A stretch of 64,000 nt of DNA from Spirochaetia bacterium. Its GTDB lineage: Bacteria; Spirochaetota; Spirochaetia; SZUA-6; Bin103. A model generated the notes under the pieces. That model saw only the letters and a program-made list of their open reading frames with translations. It did not search any database and was not told the origin of the DNA. Of this stretch, positions 1-10,012 are shown one piece after another. The position numbers and the translations under genes were made by a program. Position 1 is the stretch's first letter. Each line of letters begins with the position of its first letter. Where the stretch lies: the NCBI GenBank assembly GCA_965199955.1, contig CBDATQ010000001.1, positions 1,312,001 to 1,376,000 on the forward strand, read 5' to 3'.

Positions 1-714
1 GCGCTGCACCACCGAGAGCCGCGCCGGCAGCGCCGCCGCCAGCGCGACCCACAGCGGCAATGTGGGCACGCTCATGAAGGTCTCGGTGATGCGCATGATC
101 ACCTTGTCCACCGCCCCGCCAAGCAGCCCCGCCATGCCGCCGATGAACAGGCTGGGGAAGAAGCCGATCAGGATGCCGACGAAGCCCACGGTCAGCGAGA
201 TGCGCGACCCGTACACGATGCGGGAGAACAGGTCGCGCCCGAGCGAGTCCTTGCCCATCAGGCTGAAGATGCGGCCGTCGCGCAGGCCGAACAGGTGCAG
301 GTTGCCGGGAAACAATCCCCACATGCGGTAGGGGTCGCCGCGTACGAACAGATACAGCGGCTGCACGATGGTGGTGTCCACCGAGTAGAGGTACTCCCAG
401 GTGTCGGGATCCACGGTCTTGACGATCGGGTGCACGAACGGGCGCGGGTGGAAGCGGCCGTCGGCGTCGAAGAACCTGATCCGCTGCGGCGGCGCCAGGG
501 TGAACTCCTCGTCGTAGGCGCGGGGATCATAGGGGGCGATGAACTCGGCGAAGATGACGCCGAGATAGAGGAAACCGATGAAGCCGAGCGCCACCACGGC
601 GACGCGGTGGCGCAGGAAGCGCCAGCGCATGAGCTGCCACTGGGAGGCGTAGGCGCGCTGACCGGTCGCCGCCCGCGGATCGCCGTGCTGCAGCGGCGTG
701 CCCGAGGTGCTCAT
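1..714 (-). CDS. Opp/Dpp-type ABC transporter permease (OppC-like), 3' end outside window
   Basis: Manual translation from ATG at 714 (ATGA overlap with upstream permease): ...ASQWQLMRWRFLRHRVAV...FIAPYDP...MGKDSLGRDLFSRIVYGSRISLTVG..., typical OppC motifs. Confidence 0.9.
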   Translation of the reverse strand, partial: MSTSGTPLQHGDPRAATGQRAYASQWQLMRWRFLRHRVAVVALGFIGFLYLGVIFAEFIAPYDPRAYDEEFTLAPPQRIRFFDADGRFHPRPFVHPIVKTVDPDTWEYLYSVDTTIVQPLYLFVRGDPYRMWGLFPGNLHLFGLRDGRIFSLMGKDSLGRDLFSRIVYGSRISLTVGFVGILIGFFPSLFIGGMAGLLGGAVDKVIMRITETFMSVPTLPLWVALAAALPARLSVVQR

Positions 715-1700
715 ATCGCGTCCCGGATGCGGGGATCGACGATCCCCAGCAGGATGTCGGAGAGCAGAATCCCGACCACCGTCAGGCCCAGCTCGATGAA
801 CAGGATGCTGCCGGCCAGGAACATGTCCTGCGCCATGATGGCCTGCAGCATGATCGGCGCCAGCGTGGGCAGGCCCAGGGTCACCGACACCATCAACTCG
901 CCCGACATGAGACTGGCCAGCAGCCATCCCAGGCGCACGATGAACGGGTTCAGGGCCACCCGGAACGGGTACTTCAGCAGCAGTCGCGCACCGCTCACCC
1001 CCTTCGAGCGCGCCACCATCACGTAGGGCTTCTCCAGCTCGTCGAGCAGGTTGGCGCGCATGATCCGTACCTGCTCCGCGGTGCCGGCGGTGGCCATGAC
1101 GATGGCCGGGATCCAGAGGTGGTTCAACAGGTCGAGAAACTTGGGCAGGCTCCAGGCCGCGTCCAGGTACTGCTGCGACATCAGGCCGATGGTGGCGGTG
1201 CTGCCGGTGAGCGAGAATACCATCCACGACAGCACCAGGGCGAAGATGAAGTTGGGCACCGCCAGCCCGATGAAGCCGATGAAGGTGATGCAGTAGTCGA
1301 TCCAGGTGCGTTGCCGCACCGCCGACACGATGCCGATCGGGATCGCCATCGCGTTGAGCAGCAGGAACGAGATGAACGACATCAGCGCGGTCAGCGGCAG
1401 GCGCTCGGCCAGGATCGCGCTGACCGGCTTGTTGAACAGCATCGAGTGGCTGAAGTCGCCGCGCAGGATGTTCCCGAGCCAGAAGAAGTACTGCACCATG
1501 ATCGGCTTGTCGAGGTCGTACTGCGCGTTCAGCGATGCGACCAGCTCGGGGGTGATCTCGACGCCGCGATTGCGCATCAGGGCGATCTTGGCCTCGATCA
1601 CGGTGCCGGGGGGAAGCTGGATGATGACGAACACGATCACGCTGCCGATCAACAGCACCGGGATCATCATCAGCACGCGCCGCAGCACGTAGATGGTCAT
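711..1700 (-). CDS. Opp/Dpp-type ABC transporter permease (OppB-like)
   Basis: YVLRRVLMMIP start, LDKPIMVQY...GDF, RANLLDEL..PYV..ARSKG loop, DPRIR C-terminus. Confidence 0.93.
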   Translation of the reverse strand: MTIYVLRRVLMMIPVLLIGSVIVFVIIQLPPGTVIEAKIALMRNRGVEITPELVASLNAQYDLDKPIMVQYFFWLGNILRGDFSHSMLFNKPVSAILAERLPLTALMSFISFLLLNAMAIPIGIVSAVRQRTWIDYCITFIGFIGLAVPNFIFALVLSWMVFSLTGSTATIGLMSQQYLDAAWSLPKFLDLLNHLWIPAIVMATAGTAEQVRIMRANLLDELEKPYVMVARSKGVSGARLLLKYPFRVALNPFIVRLGWLLASLMSGELMVSVTLGLPTLAPIMLQAIMAQDMFLAGSILFIELGLTVVGILLSDILLGIVDPRIRDAI

Positions 1701-1767
1701 CGGTCAGATGAGGCCGCGTCCGCCGCCACGCGGTTGCGCATGGCGGCGGACAGCGGTATGGGCCGGT

Positions 1768-3729
1768 CTACTCGTTCAGGAACAGGACGTCGAAGAACAG
1801 GTAGCTGGCCTCGGAGCTCAGCGGCTCGTCCGGCACGTTGCCGACCCTGTTGTGGAAGTAGTAGAAGGAGACCTGCGGGATGTCGACCTTCGACTCCAGC
1901 GGCGAGATCGACCACAGCCCTTCGCTGAAGATCTGCACCACCTCCTGCTCGATCCGCTTCCTGGCGTCGACGTCCATCGCACGCGGATACTCCTCGGACA
2001 GCTCGTACAGCCTCTTCACCCCGTCCGGCGGCTCCACTCCCTCGGCGCCGCCCGAGTGCAGCCAGCGCGCCCACGGGGTCGTGACGTGGTAGCCCTGCGG
2101 ATTGCTCGGCACCACGTGCGGAAAACGCGCGATGCTGGCGGTCGGTATGCCGCGCCCGATATCGACGGGGCCGATCAGAATGTCGTAGTCGCCGGTGGTC
2201 AATTTCTCGCCGTACGCATCGCCGGCGTAGGGTCGAATCAGGAACTCGATGCCGACCTTCTTGAACTGCTCCTTGTAGATTTCGGACATGGCGACTTCGG
2301 CGCTCTTGTCGGTCTCGACAAGCCCGATCAGCTCCAACGGCTTGCCGCTCGGGAAGGTGCGCGCGGTGCGGCTGGCGTTCCACGCCAATCCCAGCTCATC
2401 GAGCATGTCGTTTGCCGCGTCGAGATCGTGCTCCTTGTAGGGCTCGTCGGCCGGGTGCACCAGGTCACCCGCCACCGGCGTCTGCGACAGCGTGTACTGA
2501 CCGCGGAACAGCAGATCGTTGATTTCCTGTCCGTCGATCGCCAGGGCTACGGCGCGCCGGAACTCGATGTCGTTGAACAGCTCTCGCCGCTCCGCGTCCT
2601 CGCTCGCGAAGTTGAAGTACACGGTGCCGTGATACATGATCGCCGACATCGCCGCGTGCAGCCTGAAGTTGCCTGATTCCTCCGCGTTGCGCAGCACGCT
2701 GAAGTTCGAGATGTCGCCGAAGTCGCCGCGCAGGCCGAAGTCGATCTCGCCGGCCAGGCCCTGCAGCAGATAGGCATCGCTGCCCATCCCCATCAGCGGA
2801 ACGCGGATGCCGTCGATGTAGGGGAGCTGATTCCCGGCCACGTCCACCTTGTAGTAGTAGCGGTTGCGGCCGTACACGCCCAGGGTGTCGCTCTTGCTTT
2901 CCAGCCTCCACGGGTGGATCACCGGCAGCTCGGTGTTGAAGTTGCTCCAGATCACGTATTCCTTCCAATACGCCATCCAGGTGGTGAATCCGGCTTCTTT
3001 TGCCGCGCTCTCCGCCTTGTCGCCCGCCACGGCGGGGTGGAACTGGCCCATGTAGTGCTCGGGCAGAAACGAATCGGGGAACCAGCGCATCATGTTGTTG
3101 GGCAGATTCGGGTAGGGGCCGGCGAACTGGAACTGGAAGGTTATGTCGTCGACCACGTTCAGGGAGGCCATCACCCCGCCGACCTTGAGGTTGCCGACGC
3201 CGTGCGGGTTGAGGTCCTTGTCGGAGGCTTCGTGGTCGAACCAGAACCGGATGTCCTCGGTGTCGAAGATCTCGCCGTCGCTCCAGCGGAGGCCGTCCCG
3301 CAAGCGGATAGTGTACACCGAGGCATCCGCATTCGGCTCGTACGATGCGAACACGTTGGGCAACAGCGTTTCGCCGTTCACCGGTATGGTGAGGCCCCAT
3401 TGACGCATGTACTCGTCGTTGATCCAGCCGGGATCGCCGGGAATCACCAGGGTGCCGCCGTAGACGCCGATCTGATGGGCCGGCGCGATGACGATCGGAT
3501 CGTTCGGCAGGCGCTCGCCGACCGGCGGCAGGTCGCCTGATGCCACCAGCGCGGCCAGCACCGGCGCCTCGCCATACGTCAGGGTGCCCCCGGTGGCCGC
3601 CTCGAATTCGGCGGGCGAGTTGTACTGCACCGGCACGCCCGAGCCGACGAAGTCCTCGGCATGGGCCAGCGTGACGAACAGCGGCAGCGCTGCCGCGACC
3701 AGAATCAGTCTCTTCAGGAGTGTCTTCAT
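1768..3729 (-). CDS. ABC transporter substrate-binding protein, family 5 (oligosaccharide/peptide)
   Basis: Signal peptide; GEAP.L...V..G.LPPV.ERLP..P, LRDGLRWSDG, RN.YYYKVD.AGNQLPYID motifs; upstream of oppB/C-like genes. Confidence 0.92.
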   Translation of the reverse strand: MKTLLKRLILVAAALPLFVTLAHAEDFVGSGVPVQYNSPAEFEAATGGTLTYGEAPVLAALVASGDLPPVGERLPNDPIVIAPAHQIGVYGGTLVIPGDPGWINDEYMRQWGLTIPVNGETLLPNVFASYEPNADASVYTIRLRDGLRWSDGEIFDTEDIRFWFDHEASDKDLNPHGVGNLKVGGVMASLNVVDDITFQFQFAGPYPNLPNNMMRWFPDSFLPEHYMGQFHPAVAGDKAESAAKEAGFTTWMAYWKEYVIWSNFNTELPVIHPWRLESKSDTLGVYGRNRYYYKVDVAGNQLPYIDGIRVPLMGMGSDAYLLQGLAGEIDFGLRGDFGDISNFSVLRNAEESGNFRLHAAMSAIMYHGTVYFNFASEDAERRELFNDIEFRRAVALAIDGQEINDLLFRGQYTLSQTPVAGDLVHPADEPYKEHDLDAANDMLDELGLAWNASRTARTFPSGKPLELIGLVETDKSAEVAMSEIYKEQFKKVGIEFLIRPYAGDAYGEKLTTGDYDILIGPVDIGRGIPTASIARFPHVVPSNPQGYHVTTPWARWLHSGGAEGVEPPDGVKRLYELSEEYPRAMDVDARKRIEQEVVQIFSEGLWSISPLESKVDIPQVSFYYFHNRVGNVPDEPLSSEASYLFFDVLFLNE

Positions 3730-3769
3730 GGATACCTCTACGGGACCTTCTCAGACCCGCCAGGGGGCG

Positions 3770-4858
3770 TCAACGGCTGCCAGCGACATCCGCGCCGCGT
3801 GTGAGCCACTCCAGGTTGAAGCGTGCCAGGGTCAGCCGATCGTAGGGGTCGTTGCCGGAACCGCTCTCGTACAGGCAGCAGACCATCCCGTCCGCCACGC
3901 ACAGATCGGAGTAGGCAGCCGCGCCCTCGGTCAGCACCCGCGCCAGCGGCCAACTCCGGCACCCGTCGTAGCTGAGGCGCACGGTCATGCGGCGCCGGGT
4001 GGTCGCCGCGGGGTTGCTGAACAGGATCCGCTGCCGTCCGTCGGTGCCGGGGTAGCGGCACAGACTCGCCTGACAGATCGGCTCGGGCAGCGCCACGTCG
4101 CGCACGATCGGCGAGAACGTCTCGCCGCCGTCGTTGCTCCACGCCACGGCACGGTGATGGCCGCTCCCGGCATCGCGCAGGATGCTCTTGTTGCGGCAGT
4201 TGAGGTATAGCCAGCCGTCCTCGGTCTGCACCGCGGTCGACTCGTTGGTGCCCTCGTCGGCGCTGCTGCCGATGGTCCAGGTGGCGCCGTGGTCGTCGGA
4301 GTAGATGACGTGGGAGTGGTAGGGATCCTGCGCCTCGTGGTGGCGGGCGACGATGTGGTCGCAGGGAATCAGGAGGCGGCCGGAGGCGAGTTGAATGCCG
4401 TGGCCGGGACCGGTGGCGTACCAGGTCCAGTCGGGCTGCTTGACTTGTGCCGTGATCTCGACCGGTTCCTCCCAGGTGACCCCGTCGTCGTGGCTGGCGG
4501 TGACCCAGACCGTGCGCGGCGCGTGCCCCTGGCAGATCATGCGCTCGTCGCCGTCGCGGCGGTTCTTGCAGAACGGCAGCCAGATGCTTCCGGTATCGCG
4601 GTCCACCACCGGCGCGGGATTGCCGCATACCCAGTCCGGCTCGGTGGCCACGAGCTGGGGCGGGGCGAAGGTCCTGCCGTGATCGCTTGAGCGCCGGACC
4701 AGCAGGTCGATCTGGTCGGAGTCCCCGCCGGTGTACTTGCGGGCCTCGCAGAATGCCAGCACGGTGCCGGCGGCAGTCACCGTGAGAGCGGGAATGCGGT
4801 AACGGAAATAGCCGTCTTCGCCGCTGATCCAGAGTTGTTGGGTGTCGAGTCGCTGCAT
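3770..4858 (-). CDS. Exo-alpha-sialidase (GH33 family), no signal peptide
   Basis: YRIP motif, five Asp boxes (SSDHGRTF, SHDDGVTW, SDDHGATW, SNDGGETF, SYDGCRSW), TNES, AAYS, LYE; start set at ATG 4858. Confidence 0.9.
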   Translation of the reverse strand: MQRLDTQQLWISGEDGYFRYRIPALTVTAAGTVLAFCEARKYTGGDSDQIDLLVRRSSDHGRTFAPPQLVATEPDWVCGNPAPVVDRDTGSIWLPFCKNRRDGDERMICQGHAPRTVWVTASHDDGVTWEEPVEITAQVKQPDWTWYATGPGHGIQLASGRLLIPCDHIVARHHEAQDPYHSHVIYSDDHGATWTIGSSADEGTNESTAVQTEDGWLYLNCRNKSILRDAGSGHHRAVAWSNDGGETFSPIVRDVALPEPICQASLCRYPGTDGRQRILFSNPAATTRRRMTVRLSYDGCRSWPLARVLTEGAAAYSDLCVADGMVCCLYESGSGNDPYDRLTLARFNLEWLTRGADVAGSR

Positions 4859-4944
4859 GGGACTCCGATTATGCCACCGTTCGTCCGGGGACGTTGCCGG
4901 TCCGGTTGTTGCCGACCGGGTGGTGGAAGTAGTAGAGCAGCGCC

Positions 4945-5670
4945 ATGCACACGCGAACCTCTCTGACCCGCGATCTGCGCGCGCTCGGCGTGCGCGAAGG
5001 CGACACGCTGTTCGTCCACTCATCCTTCAAGAGCCTGGGCGAGGTGGCAGGCGGCGCGCAGTCGGTCGTCGATGCCCTGATGGACGCGGTCGGCGACGGG
5101 CTGCTGCTGATGCCGTCCTTCAACCTGGACGGAGGGCGCGACTGGCGGGCGGCGAGCTGGGATGTGGAGAACGCGCCGTCATCGGTCGGCTGGCTCACCG
5201 AGTTCTTCCGCCGGATGCCGGGAACGGTGCGGTCGGACCACTACTCGCACTCCGTCGCCGCGCGGGGCAGGGAGGCCGAGAGCTTCGTGGACGGCCACCG
5301 CCGCGACGAGGGGCTGCCTTCCCCCTGGGACCGTCCGCCGTGGGGACGGACCTACGGGGCGCACTCGCCCATGATCCGGGCCCGCGACCGGGACGGGCGC
5401 CTCTTGATGCTGGGCGTGGACTACCACTCGTCGACGTACGTGCACGTGGTGGAGGCGATGTGGTGGGAGGAGCGACGGCAGTCCGACCCGCGGGCGCGGT
5501 TCATGGGGCTCGACCGGCCGCGGCTGGGGGAGCTGTGGGATCGCACGGGCCGCCTGCGGCGGGGGCTGGTCGGAGACGCCGGGTGCCGGCTGTTCGGGAT
5601 CCGCGACTACGTCGACACCCTGCTCGGCGTGGTGCGCGGCACGGGGACGCGATGGATCACCAGGAGCTGA
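4945..5670 (+). CDS. AAC(3)/YokD-family N-acetyltransferase
   Basis: LGVREGDTLFVHSSFKSLG, LLMPSF, VG.L.E.FR..PG..RS.H..HS.AA.G, LGV....ST..H..E motifs. Confidence 0.85.
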   Translation: MHTRTSLTRDLRALGVREGDTLFVHSSFKSLGEVAGGAQSVVDALMDAVGDGLLLMPSFNLDGGRDWRAASWDVENAPSSVGWLTEFFRRMPGTVRSDHYSHSVAARGREAESFVDGHRRDEGLPSPWDRPPWGRTYGAHSPMIRARDRDGRLLMLGVDYHSSTYVHVVEAMWWEERRQSDPRARFMGLDRPRLGELWDRTGRLRRGLVGDAGCRLFGIRDYVDTLLGVVRGTGTRWITRS

Positions 5671-6584
5671 TCGTCATCAACGGCGCGGAGGTGCTGGCGC
5701 GCGCGGACGAGCGCGGCGCGTACTGGCGGCGCATCCGGGCCGGCGGCACCACGGCGTTCGCGGCAACCGCGGTCCGGTCACAGCTCCCGGCGTGGTTCAG
5801 GCGGTTCCGCGACGACGAAAGCCTCCTGCACGTAACCGAGCCGCGACACGTCCGCGAGGCGAAGGCGGATGGACGGATCGGCGTCATCTTCCACGTGCAG
5901 AAGCCGCCGCCGCAGCTGGCCGACGATCCCGATGAGGCCTGGAACCTGCACCGGCTCGGCATCCGCATGCTGCAGCTCACCTACAACGAGCACAGCCCGT
6001 TCGGCGACGGCTGCCTGGAGCCGACCGACGCGGGTCTGAGCGATGCGGGCGTTCGGGTGGTGCGGGCGGCGAACGAGGCGGGGATCCTGATCGACGTGTC
6101 GCACGCCGGGCACCGGACCGCAATGGACATCGTCGCGGCATCGTCGGAGCCGGTCGTTGCCAGTCACTGCAACGCGGACGCGGTCTGCCGCAATCCGCGC
6201 AATCTGCGTGACGAGGCGATCGCGGCGATCGCCGGTTGCGGAGGCGTGATCGGCGTCACCGCCTTTCCCAGCATGGTCCGCTGGCAGGACCCGACGCTGG
6301 AGCAGATGCTCGACCACTTCGACCACGTCGCCGCGCTGGTGGGGGCCGAGCACGTCGGTTTCGGGCTGGACTTCTGCTCGATCCCGCAGGAGAGCTGGGA
6401 CTCCGGCCGCTTCAGTCGCAGGGCCTATCCGCCGCCTCCCTGGATCTTTCCGCCCGGCATCGCCGGCCCGGAGGAGGTGCCCAACCTGACCGAGGGCCTC
6501 CGTCGCCGCGGTTACGGGGAAGAGGAGGTCCGCGGCATCATGGGAGAGAACCTGATGCGGCTGTTCGAGACCGTCTGGCGCTGA
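5652..6584 (+). CDS. Membrane (renal) dipeptidase family protein (M19)
   Basis: G.RMLQLTYN...GDGC.E..DAGLS, IDVSH, ASHCN...RN..DE, HVGFGLDF, G.N..R; start ATG 5652. Confidence 0.85.
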   Translation: MDHQELIVINGAEVLARADERGAYWRRIRAGGTTAFAATAVRSQLPAWFRRFRDDESLLHVTEPRHVREAKADGRIGVIFHVQKPPPQLADDPDEAWNLHRLGIRMLQLTYNEHSPFGDGCLEPTDAGLSDAGVRVVRAANEAGILIDVSHAGHRTAMDIVAASSEPVVASHCNADAVCRNPRNLRDEAIAAIAGCGGVIGVTAFPSMVRWQDPTLEQMLDHFDHVAALVGAEHVGFGLDFCSIPQESWDSGRFSRRAYPPPPWIFPPGIAGPEEVPNLTEGLRRRGYGEEEVRGIMGENLMRLFETVWR

Positions 6585-6610
6585 CCGCGGGCGGCCGTCC
6601 CGGGGCGGGA

Positions 6611-7534
6611 TCAGCCCTTCAGCGATCCCATCATCACGCCCTTGACGAAGTACTTCTGCAGGAACGGGTAGACGAAGACGATCGGCCCGATGGTGAGCAG
6701 GACGGTGGCCGCCTGCGCGGCCTTCGGCGGGATGCGCATCAGCTCCCGGAACTGCTCGGACTGGCGCAGCTCCTCGGTCAGCTCGGATATGAACTCGTCG
6801 GTCTGCAGCAGGCTGAGGTCCATCATCAGGTCGCGGATCAACTCCTGCAGCACGCGCTTGTCGTCGTCGTTGACGAAGATCAGCGGCAGGATGAAATCGT
6901 TCCAGTGGCCGACGGCCGCGAACAGCGCGACGGTCGCCAGCACCGGCTTCGACAGCGGAATGATGATCCGGAACAGCACGCGCCAGTAGCCCGCGCCGTC
7001 GATGACCGCGGACTCCTCCAGCGATTCGTCGATCGTCATCAGGAAGTTGCGGCAGATGATGATGTAGAAGACGCTCATCGCCGGCAGCAACAACAGGATG
7101 AGCCGGGTGTTGATCAGGTCGAGCCGGCGTACGACCAGGTAGAGGGGGATCAGACCGCCCTGGAAGAACAGGGTGAACACGAACAGGAACGTCAGCACCG
7201 CGCGGCCGGGCAGCAGCCTCTTGGACAGCGCGTAGGCGGCGCTGAAGGTGACCAGCAGGGTCGCCGCCGTGCCCACCACCGTGCGGAAGATGGTGTTGAA
7301 GTAGGCCAGCCCGATCGTGTCGTCCTGCAGGACGAACCCCCACGCTTCCAGGTGCCAGGCGTCCAGCCAGATCCGGAGCCGCAGGCTGTTGACCGCGTCG
7401 ATGGAAGAGAACGACTGCAGGATCAGCGTCCAGAACGGGTAGGCGATCGACAGGGCGAACAGCGCCAGGAACAGGTAGTTTACGCCGTCGAACAGCCTGC
7501 CGGTAACCGAGGTGCGGCTTGCTACGATCGCCAT
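6611..7534 (-). CDS. Carbohydrate ABC transporter permease (LplC/MalG-like)
   Basis: LFFQGGLIP.Y, SLEESAVIDGA EAA loop, YPFLQKYFVKG.M.GSLKG end. Confidence 0.93.
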   Translation of the reverse strand: MAIVASRTSVTGRLFDGVNYLFLALFALSIAYPFWTLILQSFSSIDAVNSLRLRIWLDAWHLEAWGFVLQDDTIGLAYFNTIFRTVVGTAATLLVTFSAAYALSKRLLPGRAVLTFLFVFTLFFQGGLIPLYLVVRRLDLINTRLILLLLPAMSVFYIIICRNFLMTIDESLEESAVIDGAGYWRVLFRIIIPLSKPVLATVALFAAVGHWNDFILPLIFVNDDDKRVLQELIRDLMMDLSLLQTDEFISELTEELRQSEQFRELMRIPPKAAQAATVLLTIGPIVFVYPFLQKYFVKGVMMGSLKG

Positions 7535-7540
7535 CCGGTC

Positions 7541-8521
7541 CTACCAGACACTGAAGTCGTTGTAGCGGCGGGTGATCTGGTTGACGACCACCAGCAGCAC
7601 CAGGCCTAGCACGTTCTGAAACAGCCCGACCGCGGTGGTGTAATCGAAGTCGCCGCCCTGGATGCCGACCCGGTAGATGTAGGTCTCCATGATGTCGCCG
7701 ACTTCGTACACGGCCGCGTTGTACATCATGAACACGTGCTCGAAGCTCTGCTCGAACAGGTTGCCCAGCCGCAGCAGGAACAGGACGGTGATGACCGGCA
7801 CCAGCGACGGCAGCGTGATGTGAACGGCACTCTGCCAGCGGCTGGTGCCGTCGATGGCTCCCGCCTCGTAGAGTTGCGGGTCGATCCCGGACAGGGCGGC
7901 CAGGTAGATGATCGAACCCCAGCCGACGCTCTGCCAGATGGCGGTGCCGACCAGCAACGCCCGGAACGTCTCGACGGTGGTGAACCAGTTGACCGGGTCA
8001 AGGCCGAGCTGCGTGAACAGCCACCCGGCGAAACCCGTGCTCGGCGACAGGAACTCCCGCAGGATGCCGGAAAGCACCACCCAGGACATGAAGTGGGGGA
8101 GATAGCCGATGGATTGCACGCTGCGCTTGTAGACGGTGTGCCGCACCTCGTTGAGCAGCAGCGCCAGGACGATCGGGGCGGGAAACGTGATCCCCAGGTG
8201 CAGCAGGCTGAGGATGACGTTGTTGCGGAACACCCGCAGGAAGAACGGCTCCCGGAACAGGCGGCGGAAGTGGGCGAAGTCGTTCCAGGTGCTGCCCAGG
8301 ATGCCGTCGTAGAAGTTGAAGTCCAGGAACGAGATCGACACGCCCCACATCGGCGCGTACTTGAACACCGCCAGGAGCGCGAACGCCATCAGCAGCAGGC
8401 CGTAGAACGATCGCATGCGCCACGCCCTGGCGCGGGTCTGACGGCGCAGGACGCGCTTGTAGCCGGCCCTCGATTCGGCCGTCGACAGGTGAGGCGCGGT
8501 CTGGGGTGCGATGTTCGCCAT
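7541..8521 (-). CDS. Carbohydrate ABC transporter permease (LplB/MalF-like)
   Basis: FPAPIVLALLLNE, YLPHFMSWVV, GWGSIIYLAALSGIDPQLYEA..IDG; start ATG 8521. Confidence 0.92.
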   Translation of the reverse strand: MANIAPQTAPHLSTAESRAGYKRVLRRQTRARAWRMRSFYGLLLMAFALLAVFKYAPMWGVSISFLDFNFYDGILGSTWNDFAHFRRLFREPFFLRVFRNNVILSLLHLGITFPAPIVLALLLNEVRHTVYKRSVQSIGYLPHFMSWVVLSGILREFLSPSTGFAGWLFTQLGLDPVNWFTTVETFRALLVGTAIWQSVGWGSIIYLAALSGIDPQLYEAGAIDGTSRWQSAVHITLPSLVPVITVLFLLRLGNLFEQSFEHVFMMYNAAVYEVGDIMETYIYRVGIQGGDFDYTTAVGLFQNVLGLVLLVVVNQITRRYNDFSVW

Positions 8522-8616
8522 GTACGGGCAGGAGGCCGGAAGCCGCGCGATTCTACGCCGGCCGGGACGTGCCGGCAAGGCGAACTGCCGCGCTCCCCCG
8601 GTCCTTCAGGCGGCCG

Positions 8617-8964
8617 CTACCGGATGAAGTACCCGCTCACCCGCCAGGCATCGCCGTCCCACGACGCCGTGACGGTCTCCGTCGCCCCCTGCTTGCGCGC
8701 GTAGGAGGCGGCGAAGCGCATCACCCAGTAGCGGCCATCCGGCGCCCCGGGCAGCGTCTCGTGGTAGTCGGCGCCCTCGAGGGACCGCGATTGCGGAGCG
8801 CCCATCGGTTCCAGCGCCGACCGCAGCGACTTTGCAAACTGGCCCGGGCTCACCGCTCCCCGCATCAGCGCCGAGCCGCCCTCCCAGCACGCCTGGTACT
8901 CGCCAGCGTCCAGCAGGGCCAGCCACTCGTGGGCCGCCGCCGCCGCATCGTCCGAGTCAGCCAT
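8617..8964 (-). CDS. DUF4019-domain small protein
   Basis: A..WLALLD.G.Y...W, LPGAPDG.Y....F...Y..K..A.ETVT...D...WRV.GYFIR pattern. Confidence 0.75.
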   Translation of the reverse strand: MADSDDAAAAAHEWLALLDAGEYQACWEGGSALMRGAVSPGQFAKSLRSALEPMGAPQSRSLEGADYHETLPGAPDGRYWVMRFAASYARKQGATETVTASWDGDAWRVSGYFIR

Positions 8965-8996
8965 CCTCGCTCCTCACCAGCGCATCGATTTGACTC

Positions 8997-9992
8997 TCAC
9001 GAGATGCGGCCGGTGATCAGGCCGCGCGGCTCCTCGCCGCGGGCGATGCGGTCCAGGTTGTCGGCGGCGAAGCGGGCCCGGTTGTCGGTGGTCGACTGCG
9101 TGCCGCCGGCCGTGTGCGGCGTCGCGTATACGTTGGAGAGCGAGAATACCGGGTGGTTGCTGTCCGGGGGCTCGGTCTCGAACACGTCCAGCCCCGCCCC
9201 GCCCAGGTTTCCGGCCAGGAGCGCGTTGTAGAGCGCCTCCTCGTCGATCAGCGCCCCGCGGGCGACGTTGATCACCCACGCCGTCGGCTTCAACAGGCCG
9301 ATGCGGCGCCGGTCGATGATGTGGCGGGTGCTGGCATTCAGATGCAGGTTCACCGACAGGATGTCGCACTCGGCGATCACCTCGTCCATGTCCTCGGGCG
9401 ATCCCAGGAACTCCAGGGGCACCTGGTCGAGCACCTCGGTGGGGATCATGCGCACGTCGATGGCGGAGACCTTGATCCCGAACGGATGGGCGCGCAGGGC
9501 GAGCTGCTGGCCGCTGGCGCCGTAGCCGACGATCGCCAGTTTCTTGCCGTCCAGCCGGATGCCCTCCGGGTGGTAATAGGTGCCGCCGTCGAAGTTGACA
9601 GCCGCCGCCTTGTACTGGGCGGCGAGCAGCAGGATGAACATCATGGCGTTCTGGGCCAGCGCTTCCGCGCTCAGGTAGCCGGGGCAGTGCGAGAGCGTGA
9701 TCCCCCTGGCCAGGATGTGCTCCACCTCGACGTGGTCCAGGCCGTTGGTCTGCACCTGGAAGTGGCGGACGCCGGCCGCCGCGGCAAGGTCGATCCTCTC
9801 CTTGCTCGCGTTGCCGCCCATGTCGACCACGACCTCGATGCCGTCGAACTGTGGCGCCGCCGGCGTCGTGTCGTCGAACGCTCTGGTGTCGTGCCGTTCG
9901 CTGACCGCCGCCAGGTGGCGGTACGTGCGGCCTTCGGTAACCGGTACGCCCGGTTGTGTGAGAAAGAGAACTCGTAGGCGTCGTTCAGCCAT
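8997..9992 (-). CDS. D-isomer-specific 2-hydroxyacid dehydrogenase (NAD-binding)
   Basis: IVGYGASG, INVARGALIDE, GAGLDVFETEP, TPHTAG. Confidence 0.9.
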   Translation of the reverse strand: MAERRLRVLFLTQPGVPVTEGRTYRHLAAVSERHDTRAFDDTTPAAPQFDGIEVVVDMGGNASKERIDLAAAAGVRHFQVQTNGLDHVEVEHILARGITLSHCPGYLSAEALAQNAMMFILLLAAQYKAAAVNFDGGTYYHPEGIRLDGKKLAIVGYGASGQQLALRAHPFGIKVSAIDVRMIPTEVLDQVPLEFLGSPEDMDEVIAECDILSVNLHLNASTRHIIDRRRIGLLKPTAWVINVARGALIDEEALYNALLAGNLGGAGLDVFETEPPDSNHPVFSLSNVYATPHTAGGTQSTTDNRARFAADNLDRIARGEEPRGLITGRIS

Positions 9993-10012
9993 GTCGGGGC
10001 GCATCATGGACG

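Noticed and set aside
4945..5670. Aminoglycoside resistance gene
   Set aside because: The AAC(3)/YokD fold is broad; there is no mobile or resistance context and it overlaps a metabolic gene
4842..6584. 580-aa fusion ORF spanning AAC(3) and dipeptidase
   Set aside because: The first 270 codons are an alternative frame over the AAC(3) gene; similarity starts only at ATG 5652
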